Notes under the pieces: generated by a model
Told to the model about the DNA's origin: nothing
Databases searched by the model: none
What the model saw: only the letters and a program-made list of their open reading frames with translations
Shown here: positions 18,443 to 28,515 of the stretch, in pieces
How positions within the stretch are numbered: position 1 is the stretch's first letter
Layout of the letters: each line of letters starts with the position of its first letter
Made by a program: the position numbers and the translations under genes
Assembly: GCA_015061815.1 (NCBI GenBank)
Contig: SUVW01000008.1
Location: 11,514 to 75,513, forward strand
Source of the DNA: Lentisphaerota bacterium
GTDB taxonomy: Bacteria > Verrucomicrobiota > Lentisphaeria > Victivallales > Victivallaceae
DNA: 64,000 nt
Reading direction: 5' to 3'

Positions 18443-21409
18443 TCACACGCGGTCGAGCGTCTTTTTGTAATTGCTCAACAGCGCATCCAGCTCAAGTGTG
18501 CAACCGGCTCCTCTTCCGGTTACCTTGAGATACTTATCTGCTGTCACTTTTCCAATAGCGGCGAAAGGCACTCCTTCAAAGATTGCTTCAAATTCTTTCC
18601 GGTTCTTTTCCGGAACAGTCGCAACAAAACGGCTGTTTGATTCCGAGAACCACGCTTCCAATCCGGTACAATTCTCACACGGGATCAGGTCAAGATCGAT
18701 CTCCATTCCCAAACGTCCGGCCATTGCACTCTTTACCAGAGCAATACCGATACCGCCAAGAGCCGGGGTGATCAAAGAATTGACCAATTCCGCTTTAGTT
18801 GCGGCACTTACCCGGTTGCAGATGTCGATGGATTTATCAGCATCCACTTTGGGAACGTTGTTGCCGGTGAATCCCAGCATATTGAAATATTCCGACCCAC
18901 CGAGTTCCGGTTTGGTCATACCAATAACATAGACCGTATCTCCGGCCTGTTTCGTATCAAATGAAACTGCCCGGGAGATATCATCCAGACGGGAAATCAC
19001 GCTGAAAAGCAGTGACGGCGGGATAGAAATTTTCCGACCGCCCCGGGTGGAATCATTTTTCATGGAATCTTTACCGGAAATACAGGGAACCAGATATTTT
19101 CTGGTGTAATCATAAATTGCCTGATTGGCCCGCACCAACTGGGCAAGTTTATATTCGCCATCCGGAGTTTTTTCACTCTTAACCGGATCCGGCCAGCAGA
19201 AGTTATCCAGACCGGCGATCATTTTCAAGTCACCACCGACCGCGATCACCCGGCGGACCGCCAGATCTATACAGCTGGCAGCCATGTGATAAGTATCAAT
19301 ATCACTGTAACGCGGCAAAATCGCCGATGCAAGAATGACCCCATCTTTGCTCAACGGCTCAACCATCGTCACTGTCGCATCCGCAGCCACATCCCGGCCG
19401 CGTCCGGCAAAGGGTTTCAAAACACTCAAGCCTTTGACTTCGTGATCATACTGGCGGGCTTTGTACTCATCCGAACAAATATTCAATGCTCCGATAAGTT
19501 CCATCGTGTCAGCGGCCAGATCCCGGCCCTCAAGTGCCGGCTCCGGAAATTCCGGAGATTCCCAAGTGGCTTTCAAATGCATTTTCGGCAGACCGTCATG
19601 CATGAATTCAATATCTATGTATGCCACAGTCTGACCGTTATAGAGCATGTGGAACTTACCATTGTCGGTAAATTCTCCCAGCACCGAAACTTCCACATCC
19701 CGTTCCGCCGCCAGCTGTTTGAATTCATCGATTTTTTCCGGCGGCACGGCAAAACTCATCCGTTCCTGCGCCTCGGAAACCAGAATTTCCCAGGGCTGCA
19801 TACCGGCATATTTCAACGGAGCCTTGGCCAGATCCATCCGGCATCCGTTGCATTCATCCGCCATCTCACCCACGCTGGAGGACAATCCGCCGGCTCCATT
19901 ATCGGTGATAAAACGGTACAATCCGCGATCACGGGCTTCCATAATAAAATCGGACAATTTTTTCTGGGTGATCGGGTCACCGATCTGTACAGCCTGCACC
20001 GGAGAATCCTTATGCAGCTCTTCACTGGAAAACGTTGCACCATGAATACCGTCTTTACCGATCCGGCCGCCGCCCATAACGATCAAATCGCCCGGTTCGA
20101 TCCGCTTGGAACTGCCGGGAACACCATTGACCTTTTTCGGCAATTTACCGACAGTTCCGCAATAAACCAGCGGCTTGCCGATATAACGGTCATCAAAATA
20201 CTCCCACCCGTTCCCATAAGGGATACCACTTTGATTGCCGCCGTCGATCACTCCTTTATGCACACCGTCACGCAAACGGCGAGGATGCAGCAGACCTTCC
20301 GGAACATTGCTCTCATCGGTAAACGGAGAACCGAGACAGTATCCCCAGACATTTATCAGCAATTCAGCCCCCTGCCCCGTTCCCATCGGGTCACGGTTCA
20401 CACCGACGATACCGGTCATTGCACCGCCGTAAGGATCTAATGCTGAAGGACTGTTGTGAGTTTCAACTTTGTAGGCAATATCGCACTTGTCATTGAAATC
20501 AATGACTCCGGCATTGTCTTTGAAAACCGAAACCAGCCAGTCAACTTTTCCGGCGATCTCTTTGGTGCTGTCTTTAATAAACGTCTTGTAGCAGGAATCG
20601 ATCGTGCGCTTTTCACCGGTTTCCCGGTTCTCATAATCGATCTCTGCACTGAAAATCTTATGTTTGCAATGCTCACTCCAGGTCTGCGCCAACACCTCCA
20701 TTTCCACATCCGTAGGATTGGCATCCAAACCGAATTCCTCCCGGCCGCGAGCGGTGCGGAAATAACTCTGAATGGACTTCATCTCTTCCAGACTCAAAGC
20801 GAGAATACCTTTTTTGCTGATATTAACCAGCTCGTCATCAGACACTTCCAGATTGTATTTGCGTACTTCCACCTTATCTGAAGCATTCATGTACGGCAGA
20901 TTATCCGGCACATTTTCGCTCTCACTGCCATCCAGAACCAACGCGCTCTGGATCAATTCATTGGCCAGCAGCTTGAATCCGATGGTTTCAGCATCGGCTT
21001 TGGAAATATTCCCGGTAATTAAATATTCCGTTGACGAAAAAACATACTCGTCTTCGCGCAGTTTCCGGCCGAGAATATCCGCCGCTGCGGTACGGAATGT
21101 GCGGCTCACATTGTCGGTGACCCCCGGCTTGAAACCGATGCGCACCAGATAATCACATTTTTTGGCCGGAACAAAGTTTGCCGACTTCGCATCCTGACAC
21201 CGCCACATCTGCAGCACCGGATTGTGGAGCAACTCCGCAATTTTGGCGGCTTCTGCATCACTGCAGTCGGCAACCAGCGTGAATACATCACGGGTATAGA
21301 CATCATCAAGTTTGAGCGAACAGACTGCTTCAGCCTGCCGCACCAGAGCTTCGCCCCGGGGGTCGCGCCACACCGGCAACGGAGCGAGTTCAATCCGGTA
21401 ATTTTTCAT
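18443..21409 (-). CDS. purL: phosphoribosylformylglycinamidine synthase, PurL with N-terminal PurS-like extension and no glutaminase domain
   Basis: WSEHCKHKIF, the ETHNSPSALDPYGGA motif and duplicated AIR-synthase-like domains. 988 aa. Confidence 0.9.
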   Translation of the reverse strand: MKNYRIELAPLPVWRDPRGEALVRQAEAVCSLKLDDVYTRDVFTLVADCSDAEAAKIAELLHNPVLQMWRCQDAKSANFVPAKKCDYLVRIGFKPGVTDNVSRTFRTAAADILGRKLREDEYVFSSTEYLITGNISKADAETIGFKLLANELIQSALVLDGSESENVPDNLPYMNASDKVEVRKYNLEVSDDELVNISKKGILALSLEEMKSIQSYFRTARGREEFGLDANPTDVEMEVLAQTWSEHCKHKIFSAEIDYENRETGEKRTIDSCYKTFIKDSTKEIAGKVDWLVSVFKDNAGVIDFNDKCDIAYKVETHNSPSALDPYGGAMTGIVGVNRDPMGTGQGAELLINVWGYCLGSPFTDESNVPEGLLHPRRLRDGVHKGVIDGGNQSGIPYGNGWEYFDDRYIGKPLVYCGTVGKLPKKVNGVPGSSKRIEPGDLIVMGGGRIGKDGIHGATFSSEELHKDSPVQAVQIGDPITQKKLSDFIMEARDRGLYRFITDNGAGGLSSSVGEMADECNGCRMDLAKAPLKYAGMQPWEILVSEAQERMSFAVPPEKIDEFKQLAAERDVEVSVLGEFTDNGKFHMLYNGQTVAYIDIEFMHDGLPKMHLKATWESPEFPEPALEGRDLAADTMELIGALNICSDEYKARQYDHEVKGLSVLKPFAGRGRDVAADATVTMVEPLSKDGVILASAILPRYSDIDTYHMAASCIDLAVRRVIAVGGDLKMIAGLDNFCWPDPVKSEKTPDGEYKLAQLVRANQAIYDYTRKYLVPCISGKDSMKNDSTRGGRKISIPPSLLFSVISRLDDISRAVSFDTKQAGDTVYVIGMTKPELGGSEYFNMLGFTGNNVPKVDADKSIDICNRVSAATKAELVNSLITPALGGIGIALVKSAMAGRLGMEIDLDLIPCENCTGLEAWFSESNSRFVATVPEKNRKEFEAIFEGVPFAAIGKVTADKYLKVTGRGAGCTLELDALLSNYKKTLDRV

Positions 21410-22163
21410 CGGTAAAAGACCTCGTGTTAGGGGTTGATATTTTTATTGAAAATTGTTCAAAAGCCTCATTACAGCGGTCGATGACCGACTGATAAGATTT
21501 GCGGTAACAGATCAAAAATTCCGCACTGAAATTTTTTACTGCATACTGACGGTAGCGGGCGATACGGGCTTTTACCCGCTCGAAATATTCACACAATTGT
21601 TCCAGCAAATTGCTTTCCACCGAGGCCATACGCAAATTTATCCGGTCGGCACACTCGTCATCGAACTCATTGGACGGATCATCAGCATAGAGTGCAGCTG
21701 CTTCATGCATCCGGAGTTTCAATGCGCAAAATTCATCCAGCGATGCAGCAATTTTAGCCAGAATGCCGATATGCAGAGCCAAACGCTGTTCCCGGGATAC
21801 CGTATCGGAATTATTGAACATACCGCTGATGCGTGCAGTATTCCGGTCGGCTGCGGCAAAAAGCCCGTTAAGATAGGAAAAAATCGTTTCCATTTTGGTG
21901 GAACGATCATTTTTGATCGCCTGGATCAACGCTTCTGCCGCATCCAAAACCGCATCGCGCCGCCCCATCAACGGCGGCAAATTGATCCTGACCAATGCCC
22001 CGGCACGGTGGCGGCGGACAGCATCACCGCCGGACAGCTGTTTTTTTATGCAATCCGGCTGTTCTTTTTTTCCCTGCCAAAGTCGACTGTCCAACGGCGT
22101 TTTTCTCCATATCTTTATTATAAAGGCAAACCCCTCCCCCGGTGAACGGAGGACGGGATGCAA
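21390..22163 (-). CDS. hypothetical helical protein (start uncertain)
   Basis: This is the only protein-like frame between serA and purL. It is A/E/L-rich from MGRRDAVLDAAEALIQ onward. It overlaps the purL start by 20 nt. No family recognised. Confidence 0.35.
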   Translation of the reverse strand: MHPVLRSPGEGFAFIIKIWRKTPLDSRLWQGKKEQPDCIKKQLSGGDAVRRHRAGALVRINLPPLMGRRDAVLDAAEALIQAIKNDRSTKMETIFSYLNGLFAAADRNTARISGMFNNSDTVSREQRLALHIGILAKIAASLDEFCALKLRMHEAAALYADDPSNEFDDECADRINLRMASVESNLLEQLCEYFERVKARIARYRQYAVKNFSAEFLICYRKSYQSVIDRCNEAFEQFSIKISTPNTRSFTDEKLPD

Positions 22164-22178
22164 TTTTACAAATGCGGC

Positions 22179-23756
22179 TCAACCCTCAAAAGAGAAGCTG
22201 AAAGCCTTGCTGGCTCCCACCGCTTCGCGGATCTTGCAGACCAGCATTTCCGGAACTTCAACATTGGTGGTGACCACGCACAGAGATTTTCCGTTCCGGG
22301 TATTCTGCGGAGCCCGGATATCAACGATATTGATATTTTTTTCGCCGAGGATACCGGCAATACGCCCGATCACCCCCGGTTCATCCGGATATTCCACAAA
22401 AAGATGGTTGCCGGTCGGATTGAAATAAAGTTTGTCAAAATCATCCAGACGGGAGACCATCGGATTATTTTCGGTGATCGTACCCCGGGCACCGGCTTTG
22501 CAGATATTGTTGCCGGAACCGGCAAAAAGATCTATCGTCATGGCTTCGCCGTAATGTTTGGAGTTGTCGACCATACGGTTGACCACTTCGACTCCGGCAT
22601 CAGCCAGGAATTGCTCTGCCTCTTTGGGCCCCTGTTCAACGGCAAAATCCTTGGCAATGGCAGCCACAATCGGCGGCAGCAGCCACTTGGCATATTCTGC
22701 CAGCTTGCCATAGAAGCTGGTTTCGATACGTGACGGATTGCAATCGTCACCCAGATAGGCCCGGGTAAGAGAGGTCAGAACGTAAGCCAGTTTCTGATAA
22801 CCGGCATCCAAACCATCAGGCAGAGCTTTGTTGACCACACAGTTGGTGATACCCTGTTCAAAATATGCGATCGTCTGTTCGGCAGCGCGTTTTGCAGCAT
22901 TGAAGTTGGCCTCAAAGGTATTGGCTCCCAGGTGCGGCATCATGATATCCGCCACATCCGCCACACTCTTTTCGCCGGCGGCATCTTTGGGATAAACGTC
23001 ATTGCAGTAGTAAATTTTCTTCTCGGCTTTCACTGCCCGCAGATCTTCTTCATTGATGATTCCGGCGCGGGCGCAGTTGACCAGCATGGCACCGGGCTTC
23101 ATCATATCGAACAAACGGCGGTTGATCATACCCCGGGTCTCTTCGTTTTCCGGGATATGCAGCGTAATGCAGTCTGCTTCAGCGAAAATCCGGTCAACAC
23201 TGCAGGACTCCACACCGATCTCCTCGGCACGGGCCGGAGAGATCATCGGATCATAACCGAGAAATTTGATATCAAAGCCGCTCAACCGGCGAACCACCAG
23301 CTGGCCGATGTGCCCCAACCCCAGAATACCGACGGTTTTGCCGGTGAGTTCATGGCCCATGAATTTGCTCTTTTCCCACAATCCGGCGCGGGTGGAAGCA
23401 TCCGCCGGCAGAAGGTGACGGTAAGCAGCCAGCATCAGCGCGACCACTTCTTCGGCCACCGCGTTGCTGTTTGCGCCCGGGGTATTCATCACATCCACGC
23501 CACGTTTACGGGCATATTTGATATCAATAGTATTGTATCCGGCACCGGCGCGGACAACGAGTTTGAGCTGCGGAAGAGCATCAATTATCTCTTTTGTCAC
23601 CTTTTCACTGCGGACGATCAAAACTTCCGCATCAGAGTTTTTGGCCACTTGCTCCTCAATGGGGCTTGCGGCATCCAGGATGACCTGATAGCCCTTCTGG
23701 GTAAGCATGTCTGCTGCGAATTTGTCCAGTTTGGTCGGAATAAGTACCTTGTGCAT
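22179..23756 (-). CDS. serA: D-3-phosphoglycerate dehydrogenase (long form with ASB/ACT domains)
   Basis: Start trimmed to MHKVLIPTKLD (GGAGAA upstream). NAD motif GILGLGHIGQ, and a C-terminal ACT-like region (PGVIGRIAGILGEKNINI). Confidence 0.9.
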   Translation of the reverse strand: MHKVLIPTKLDKFAADMLTQKGYQVILDAASPIEEQVAKNSDAEVLIVRSEKVTKEIIDALPQLKLVVRAGAGYNTIDIKYARKRGVDVMNTPGANSNAVAEEVVALMLAAYRHLLPADASTRAGLWEKSKFMGHELTGKTVGILGLGHIGQLVVRRLSGFDIKFLGYDPMISPARAEEIGVESCSVDRIFAEADCITLHIPENEETRGMINRRLFDMMKPGAMLVNCARAGIINEEDLRAVKAEKKIYYCNDVYPKDAAGEKSVADVADIMMPHLGANTFEANFNAAKRAAEQTIAYFEQGITNCVVNKALPDGLDAGYQKLAYVLTSLTRAYLGDDCNPSRIETSFYGKLAEYAKWLLPPIVAAIAKDFAVEQGPKEAEQFLADAGVEVVNRMVDNSKHYGEAMTIDLFAGSGNNICKAGARGTITENNPMVSRLDDFDKLYFNPTGNHLFVEYPDEPGVIGRIAGILGEKNINIVDIRAPQNTRNGKSLCVVTTNVEVPEMLVCKIREAVGASKAFSFSFEG

Positions 23757-23909
23757 TTTCGTTGTTCTCCGGTTTTTTACATCTTTGTTAAAATGCTGTT
23801 GGCATAATATACTATGCTTCGGCAGATTTTGCAAGCTCTCCAACTTGAATTATCGCATCAGAATGTCTATATTATATCCGGTGATCATAAAATTTACGGA
23901 GCTTTAATC

Positions 23910-24674
23910 ATGATTGAACGCGGAAAACTGGTCGATTTTCTGGATAAAACCCTGCTCTTGCAGGATTTCCCCGGCGATTATTCCAATAACGGCCTGCAAG
24001 TTGAAGGCGGCAATGAGGTCGAAAAAATCCTCTTTGCCGTAGACGCCTGTCAGGAGGTTTTTGATACGGCTGTAAAAGAGAAATGCAACTTTATTTTTGT
24101 CCATCACGGTTTGAGCTGGGGCGGAGGTATAAAACGGTGGACGGGGATCGATGCGAAGCGTTTTGCCACACTTCTTGGGAATGGCATATCACTTTACGCC
24201 GCCCACCTGCCGCTGGATGCCCATCCGGTATTCGGAAACAATGCCGTACTGGCAGATATGGCAGAGCTGCAGGAACGCACTGCTTTTTTTGAATATGCCG
24301 GAAGCAAAATCGGAATATCCGGAACATTCAAAACCGGTCACACGCTTCAACAGCTGGCTGAAATCCTGGGCCGGCAGTTGGAAGTGGAACCACTGCTGCG
24401 GGGGGACGGTCAAAAAATCATCCACCGTGCTGCAATCGTTTCCGGCGGCGGCGGACTGGATTCAATCTTTGCCGCCAAAGCAGCAGATTGCGATCTGCTT
24501 ATCACCGGAGAAATGGTACACACCATGCATCATGCTGCACTGGAATCCGGAGTGGCCGTCATCGCACTCGGACACTATGCCAGTGAAACCACCGGTCCGC
24601 TGGCAATGCAGAAATTGATCGCGGACACCTTCCCGGTTGAAACTGTTTTCGCCGAAGTACCGACCGGGCTGTGA
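23910..24674 (+). CDS. Nif3-like dinuclear metal centre protein (YbgI/GTP cyclohydrolase 1 type 2 homologue)
   Basis: DYSNNGLQVEG, FVHHGLSW, AAHLPLDAH and GHYASE motifs. Start trimmed to MIERGK. Confidence 0.85.
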   Translation: MIERGKLVDFLDKTLLLQDFPGDYSNNGLQVEGGNEVEKILFAVDACQEVFDTAVKEKCNFIFVHHGLSWGGGIKRWTGIDAKRFATLLGNGISLYAAHLPLDAHPVFGNNAVLADMAELQERTAFFEYAGSKIGISGTFKTGHTLQQLAEILGRQLEVEPLLRGDGQKIIHRAAIVSGGGGLDSIFAAKAADCDLLITGEMVHTMHHAALESGVAVIALGHYASETTGPLAMQKLIADTFPVETVFAEVPTGL

Positions 24675-24683
24675 GGTTCTGCT

Positions 24684-25601
24684 ATGGCTGCCAATACTTA
24701 TTCCTGTCCGATTACAGAACTGGAAGCTGCCGCCCTTAAAAATCTTCTGGAAGAGCGCAACTGGGAATTTTCATCGCTCCCTTATGCCCGGTTCAAAGCC
24801 AGCGGCGACAAAGTCAACGTTGTGGTTTATGAAAGCGGCAAACTGGTGGTGCAAGGCAAAGGGACCGAAGAATTCATCCTGTTCACCCTTGAACCGGAAA
24901 TCCTGCACACATTCACCTATGCCGGAAATTCTGCAGCTGCGGCCGATCCGGAAGAGATGACCACACATGGCGGGATCGATGAAAGCGGCAAAGGAGATTT
25001 CTTCGGACCGCTGGTCATTGCCGGGGTGATCGTTACTCCTGATTCAGCACCGCGCCTGCGGGAACTCGGAGTTTGCGACTCAAAGAAAATAACTTCCTCC
25101 GAAAAAATCATCCGCCTGGCCGGAAAGATCCGCGAGTTGTCACCCGGCAGATTTTCAACCGTAACTTTAATGCCGGAAACCTACAACCGGCTTTACACTT
25201 CCATCGGCAATTTGAACCGCCTGCTGGCCTGGGGACACGCAAGGGTTATTGAAAATATGCTTGAGTACAATCCGGATTGTCCCAGAATGCTGTCGGATAA
25301 ATTCGGCGATGAACAGCTTATCCGGCGGGCCCTGATGGAACGCGGCAGACAAATCAAACTTGACCAGATGGTACGTGCCGAAAGTGACGTCGCCGTTGCC
25401 GCCGCCAGTATTCTGGCCCGGGACGGTTTTCTCGCCGGGATGAAAAAATTATCCGGCATCGCCGGACGGGAACTGCCCAAAGGAGCCGGCCCGCAGGTAA
25501 AGCTTTTTGCCGGAGAACTCCTCGCGGCAAATTCTCCGGAATTGTTCCGTAAAATTGCCAAACTTCACTTCAAAACCTGGGCGGAAATCAGCAATCCGTA
25601 A
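24684..25601 (+). CDS. rnhC: ribonuclease HIII
   Basis: N-terminal TBP-like domain (VVVYESGKLVVQG) followed by GIDESGKGDFFGPLVIAG. About 305 aa. Confidence 0.85.
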   Translation: MAANTYSCPITELEAAALKNLLEERNWEFSSLPYARFKASGDKVNVVVYESGKLVVQGKGTEEFILFTLEPEILHTFTYAGNSAAAADPEEMTTHGGIDESGKGDFFGPLVIAGVIVTPDSAPRLRELGVCDSKKITSSEKIIRLAGKIRELSPGRFSTVTLMPETYNRLYTSIGNLNRLLAWGHARVIENMLEYNPDCPRMLSDKFGDEQLIRRALMERGRQIKLDQMVRAESDVAVAAASILARDGFLAGMKKLSGIAGRELPKGAGPQVKLFAGELLAANSPELFRKIAKLHFKTWAEISNP

Positions 25602-25607
25602 ACGGCT

Positions 25608-27635
25608 ATGGAATTATTGTCACCTGCAGGAAATCTGGAATGTGCCCTCGCTGCATTCGATGGAGGAGCTGATGCGGTTTATTGTGGTCTCGGCCGCTTC
25701 AACGCCCGGGAACGGGCGGAAAATTTCACCCCTGAAACATTGGGAAAACTGCTGGAATTCGCCCATTTGAGCAATAAAAAAGTTTACGTGACACTCAATA
25801 CGCTGGTCTGGGAGAGTGAACTGGGGGCTCTCTTTGAGGAGATTTTGCAGCTTGACCGTCTGCGCCCGGATGCATTGATCGTACAGGATCCGGGAGTTAT
25901 CGCCATCATCCGGCAATATTTCCCGGATTTACCGTTGCATGCTTCCACTCAAATGGGCATCCACAACTCCGCCGGAGTAAAAGCGGCAGCACGGCTTGGT
26001 TTCAAGCGGGTGATCATGGAACGGCAGATATCTTTGGATGAATTGAGAACTGTCGCTGCCGCATCACCGGTGGAATTGGAAGTTTTTCTGCATGGTTCTC
26101 TTTGCTGTTCCCTCTCCGGTCGCTGTCTGTTGTCACATTATTTGTATGGTGAAAGCGGGAATCGGGGACGGTGCAAACAGCCTTGCCGTCGTGCATTCTT
26201 CCGCCCCGGAAGTTGTGATGAAAGCAGCCGTATCATCTCTCCGGCTGATCTTGCCGGAACCTCTTTGCTCGACGAATTGCGCAAAATAAAAATCGCTTCA
26301 TTGAAAATCGAAGGACGTTTACGCACTCCGGATTACATCTGGAAAAGTGCCCGGGCTTACCGGATACTGCTGGATAACCCAGGTGATAAGGATGCGGCAA
26401 AAGAAGCAGAAAAAATATTCAAAACCATTCCCGGTCGAAAAAAAAGTACCGGATTTTATTTCAAGCGTGACTGGAAAAAACTTATTGATCCGGAAGCAAG
26501 CGGCACATTCGGCGAATCCTGCGCCGTCGTTGAAAAAGCGATCCGCTCCGGAATACTGGTGAAAGTCAAAAGTTCACTTCATCTCGGTGACCGTCTGCGT
26601 CTGATCCCGGCCAACGGCGGTGAGGGAACAACTTTTACCCTGTCAACGATGGAAGATCACTTGCGCAGGCGGATCATCCGGGCCAGAGCCGGAGAAAAAG
26701 TGTTTATTGCCGGGACATTCCGGGCAGCTCCCGGTCACGATTTGCGCCGTATCGGAGAAAACGGATTCGATTTCTCCCGCCGGGCGGAAGCTTTGCCGGG
26801 ATTAAGAAGAAAAATCGATCTGAATCTATCCGCTTGCGCAAATTTGTTTTATGCTGAAATTCCCGGAATATCCGCCCGCTGGTCAAAAGAGTGCCGGTTT
26901 GCCGATGCTGAAAAAAGGCCGCTTACCGCTGAAACTCTGGAAAAAGTTTTTTCCGAATCTCTGCCCGATGGATTTACCACCGGAAAAATCAATGTCAAAA
27001 TCGACGGCAATTTCTTTGTACCGGCGGCAGAACTGAAAAAAATGCGCAGGGAGTGCTGGCTGTTTTTCGCCGGATTTCTGCAGAAACATGATTTCTTCCC
27101 GGAACATTCCCGGAAAATGGAAGAATTTTATCGCGATGTCAACCGTGAACATCTGCACTTCCCGTTACCGGCAGCTCCACGCGGCACGATATACCACATA
27201 CCGGCCTTTATTGCGGAAGATGAACTTTCTGCAGAAAAACAGCGGATAGCCAATGCCATTGCTTCCGGCAATAAAAATTTTTCAGTTTCACATTGGCACG
27301 GTTTTGAGCTGCTGCGGGAATTTCCGGATATAAAACTCCATGTCCGCTATCCATTCCACATATCCAACAGTTTCGCCTTGAAACTGGCCGCCGCTCTCGG
27401 AGCTTCATCTGCTTCGATCACACCGGAATGCGATCCGGAAAACAGCGAACTGCTTATCGCTCACGCCGTGATCCCCACCGGCAAAGATGACCGGATGCCG
27501 CCGCTGCTGGCCACCAGAATACCTTTGCCGTCCGGGATATGGCAACTCAATGATCACCTCTTTAAAATATCCGGACGGCAGCAGGATGGATTATTTCTGC
27601 TCCATTCCCATGAGCCGACGAAAATTTCCGGATAA
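25608..27635 (+). CDS. U32 family peptidase-like protein (long, YdcP/RlhA-size class)
   Basis: MELLSPAGNLECALAAFDGGADAVYCGL and the E..HGSLCCSLSGRCLLS motif typical of U32. 675 aa. Confidence 0.85.
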   Translation: MELLSPAGNLECALAAFDGGADAVYCGLGRFNARERAENFTPETLGKLLEFAHLSNKKVYVTLNTLVWESELGALFEEILQLDRLRPDALIVQDPGVIAIIRQYFPDLPLHASTQMGIHNSAGVKAAARLGFKRVIMERQISLDELRTVAAASPVELEVFLHGSLCCSLSGRCLLSHYLYGESGNRGRCKQPCRRAFFRPGSCDESSRIISPADLAGTSLLDELRKIKIASLKIEGRLRTPDYIWKSARAYRILLDNPGDKDAAKEAEKIFKTIPGRKKSTGFYFKRDWKKLIDPEASGTFGESCAVVEKAIRSGILVKVKSSLHLGDRLRLIPANGGEGTTFTLSTMEDHLRRRIIRARAGEKVFIAGTFRAAPGHDLRRIGENGFDFSRRAEALPGLRRKIDLNLSACANLFYAEIPGISARWSKECRFADAEKRPLTAETLEKVFSESLPDGFTTGKINVKIDGNFFVPAAELKKMRRECWLFFAGFLQKHDFFPEHSRKMEEFYRDVNREHLHFPLPAAPRGTIYHIPAFIAEDELSAEKQRIANAIASGNKNFSVSHWHGFELLREFPDIKLHVRYPFHISNSFALKLAAALGASSASITPECDPENSELLIAHAVIPTGKDDRMPPLLATRIPLPSGIWQLNDHLFKISGRQQDGLFLLHSHEPTKISG

Positions 27636-28391
27636 AACCTTCTCGAATTCAGCTTTGGTCAGATGTTCAAAAATCGCCCCGTACAAATTCATACCGACAC
27701 TGCAAGTCGGCATATCTGAACCGAAAATGATTTTATCTGCACCGCAGACATCAACCGCATAACGCAAAAAACCCCAGCGGAAAAGTCCGGTCCCGGAAAT
27801 ATCCATATATACATTCTCATGCTGTGATACAAACTTCAACCGTTCCTTTGCGCCGCCCCAGGCATCTTCCCCCCAGGGTTCGCCGGGATGAGCCATAATG
27901 ACCTTCAGTTCCGGAACCTCTTTCACCATCTCTTCAGCCTCCGGCTTGCAGACCCAGTGCAGACTGGCAACCATATCCAATTTGGCCATCTCTTTGAATA
28001 TGGCAATCATACCCGGCGTATTGAAGTCTCCGGTCCCGAGGACGTAAGGAACCAACTCACCGACCAGTTTCACGCCTTCAGCCTTCATTGCCTGCAATTC
28101 GGCACAGGATTCTTCGACAAATTTGCCATGTACATGGATACCCGGTATATAAGCAGGATACTTATCCCGCAAACGCAATGCAGTACGATTCAGATGCCTG
28201 ATCCAGTTAAAATCATCGTTTTTTCCGCATTCGATCACACTTCCGGCATACAAATCCACTCCGGCGCGACGCATTTCTGCATCAAATTGCTCCATCGACT
28301 CTTCCCGGGAGTACGCGCCTATACGCTGCGGGGGAAGTTCCAACGGGTGGACATGGGCATCGATCACTTCAAAATCATCCGGACTGAACAT
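27591..28391 (-). CDS. amidohydrolase-2 family metal-dependent hydrolase
   Basis: IDAHVHP (HxH), MAHPG and GSDMP metal-ligand motifs. 266 aa. Confidence 0.75.
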   Translation of the reverse strand: MFSPDDFEVIDAHVHPLELPPQRIGAYSREESMEQFDAEMRRAGVDLYAGSVIECGKNDDFNWIRHLNRTALRLRDKYPAYIPGIHVHGKFVEESCAELQAMKAEGVKLVGELVPYVLGTGDFNTPGMIAIFKEMAKLDMVASLHWVCKPEAEEMVKEVPELKVIMAHPGEPWGEDAWGGAKERLKFVSQHENVYMDISGTGLFRWGFLRYAVDVCGADKIIFGSDMPTCSVGMNLYGAIFEHLTKAEFEKVLSGNFRRLMGMEQK

Positions 28392-28515
28392 CTGATTTCT
28401 CCTTTTTGTAATAACTGCTCCTGAATGTAAGTTTTACAAAATCCTGAACATTATCAACAGAAGCCATTGCAAAAAAGAGAGGCTTCATGCCTCTCTTTTC
28501 GTCATTTCCATTTAC

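Noticed and set aside
27591-27635. 45-nt 3'-end overlap of the convergent U32 peptidase and amidohydrolase genes.
   Set aside because: Short convergent overlaps are common in compact genomes. No structure or motif suggests a regulatory role.
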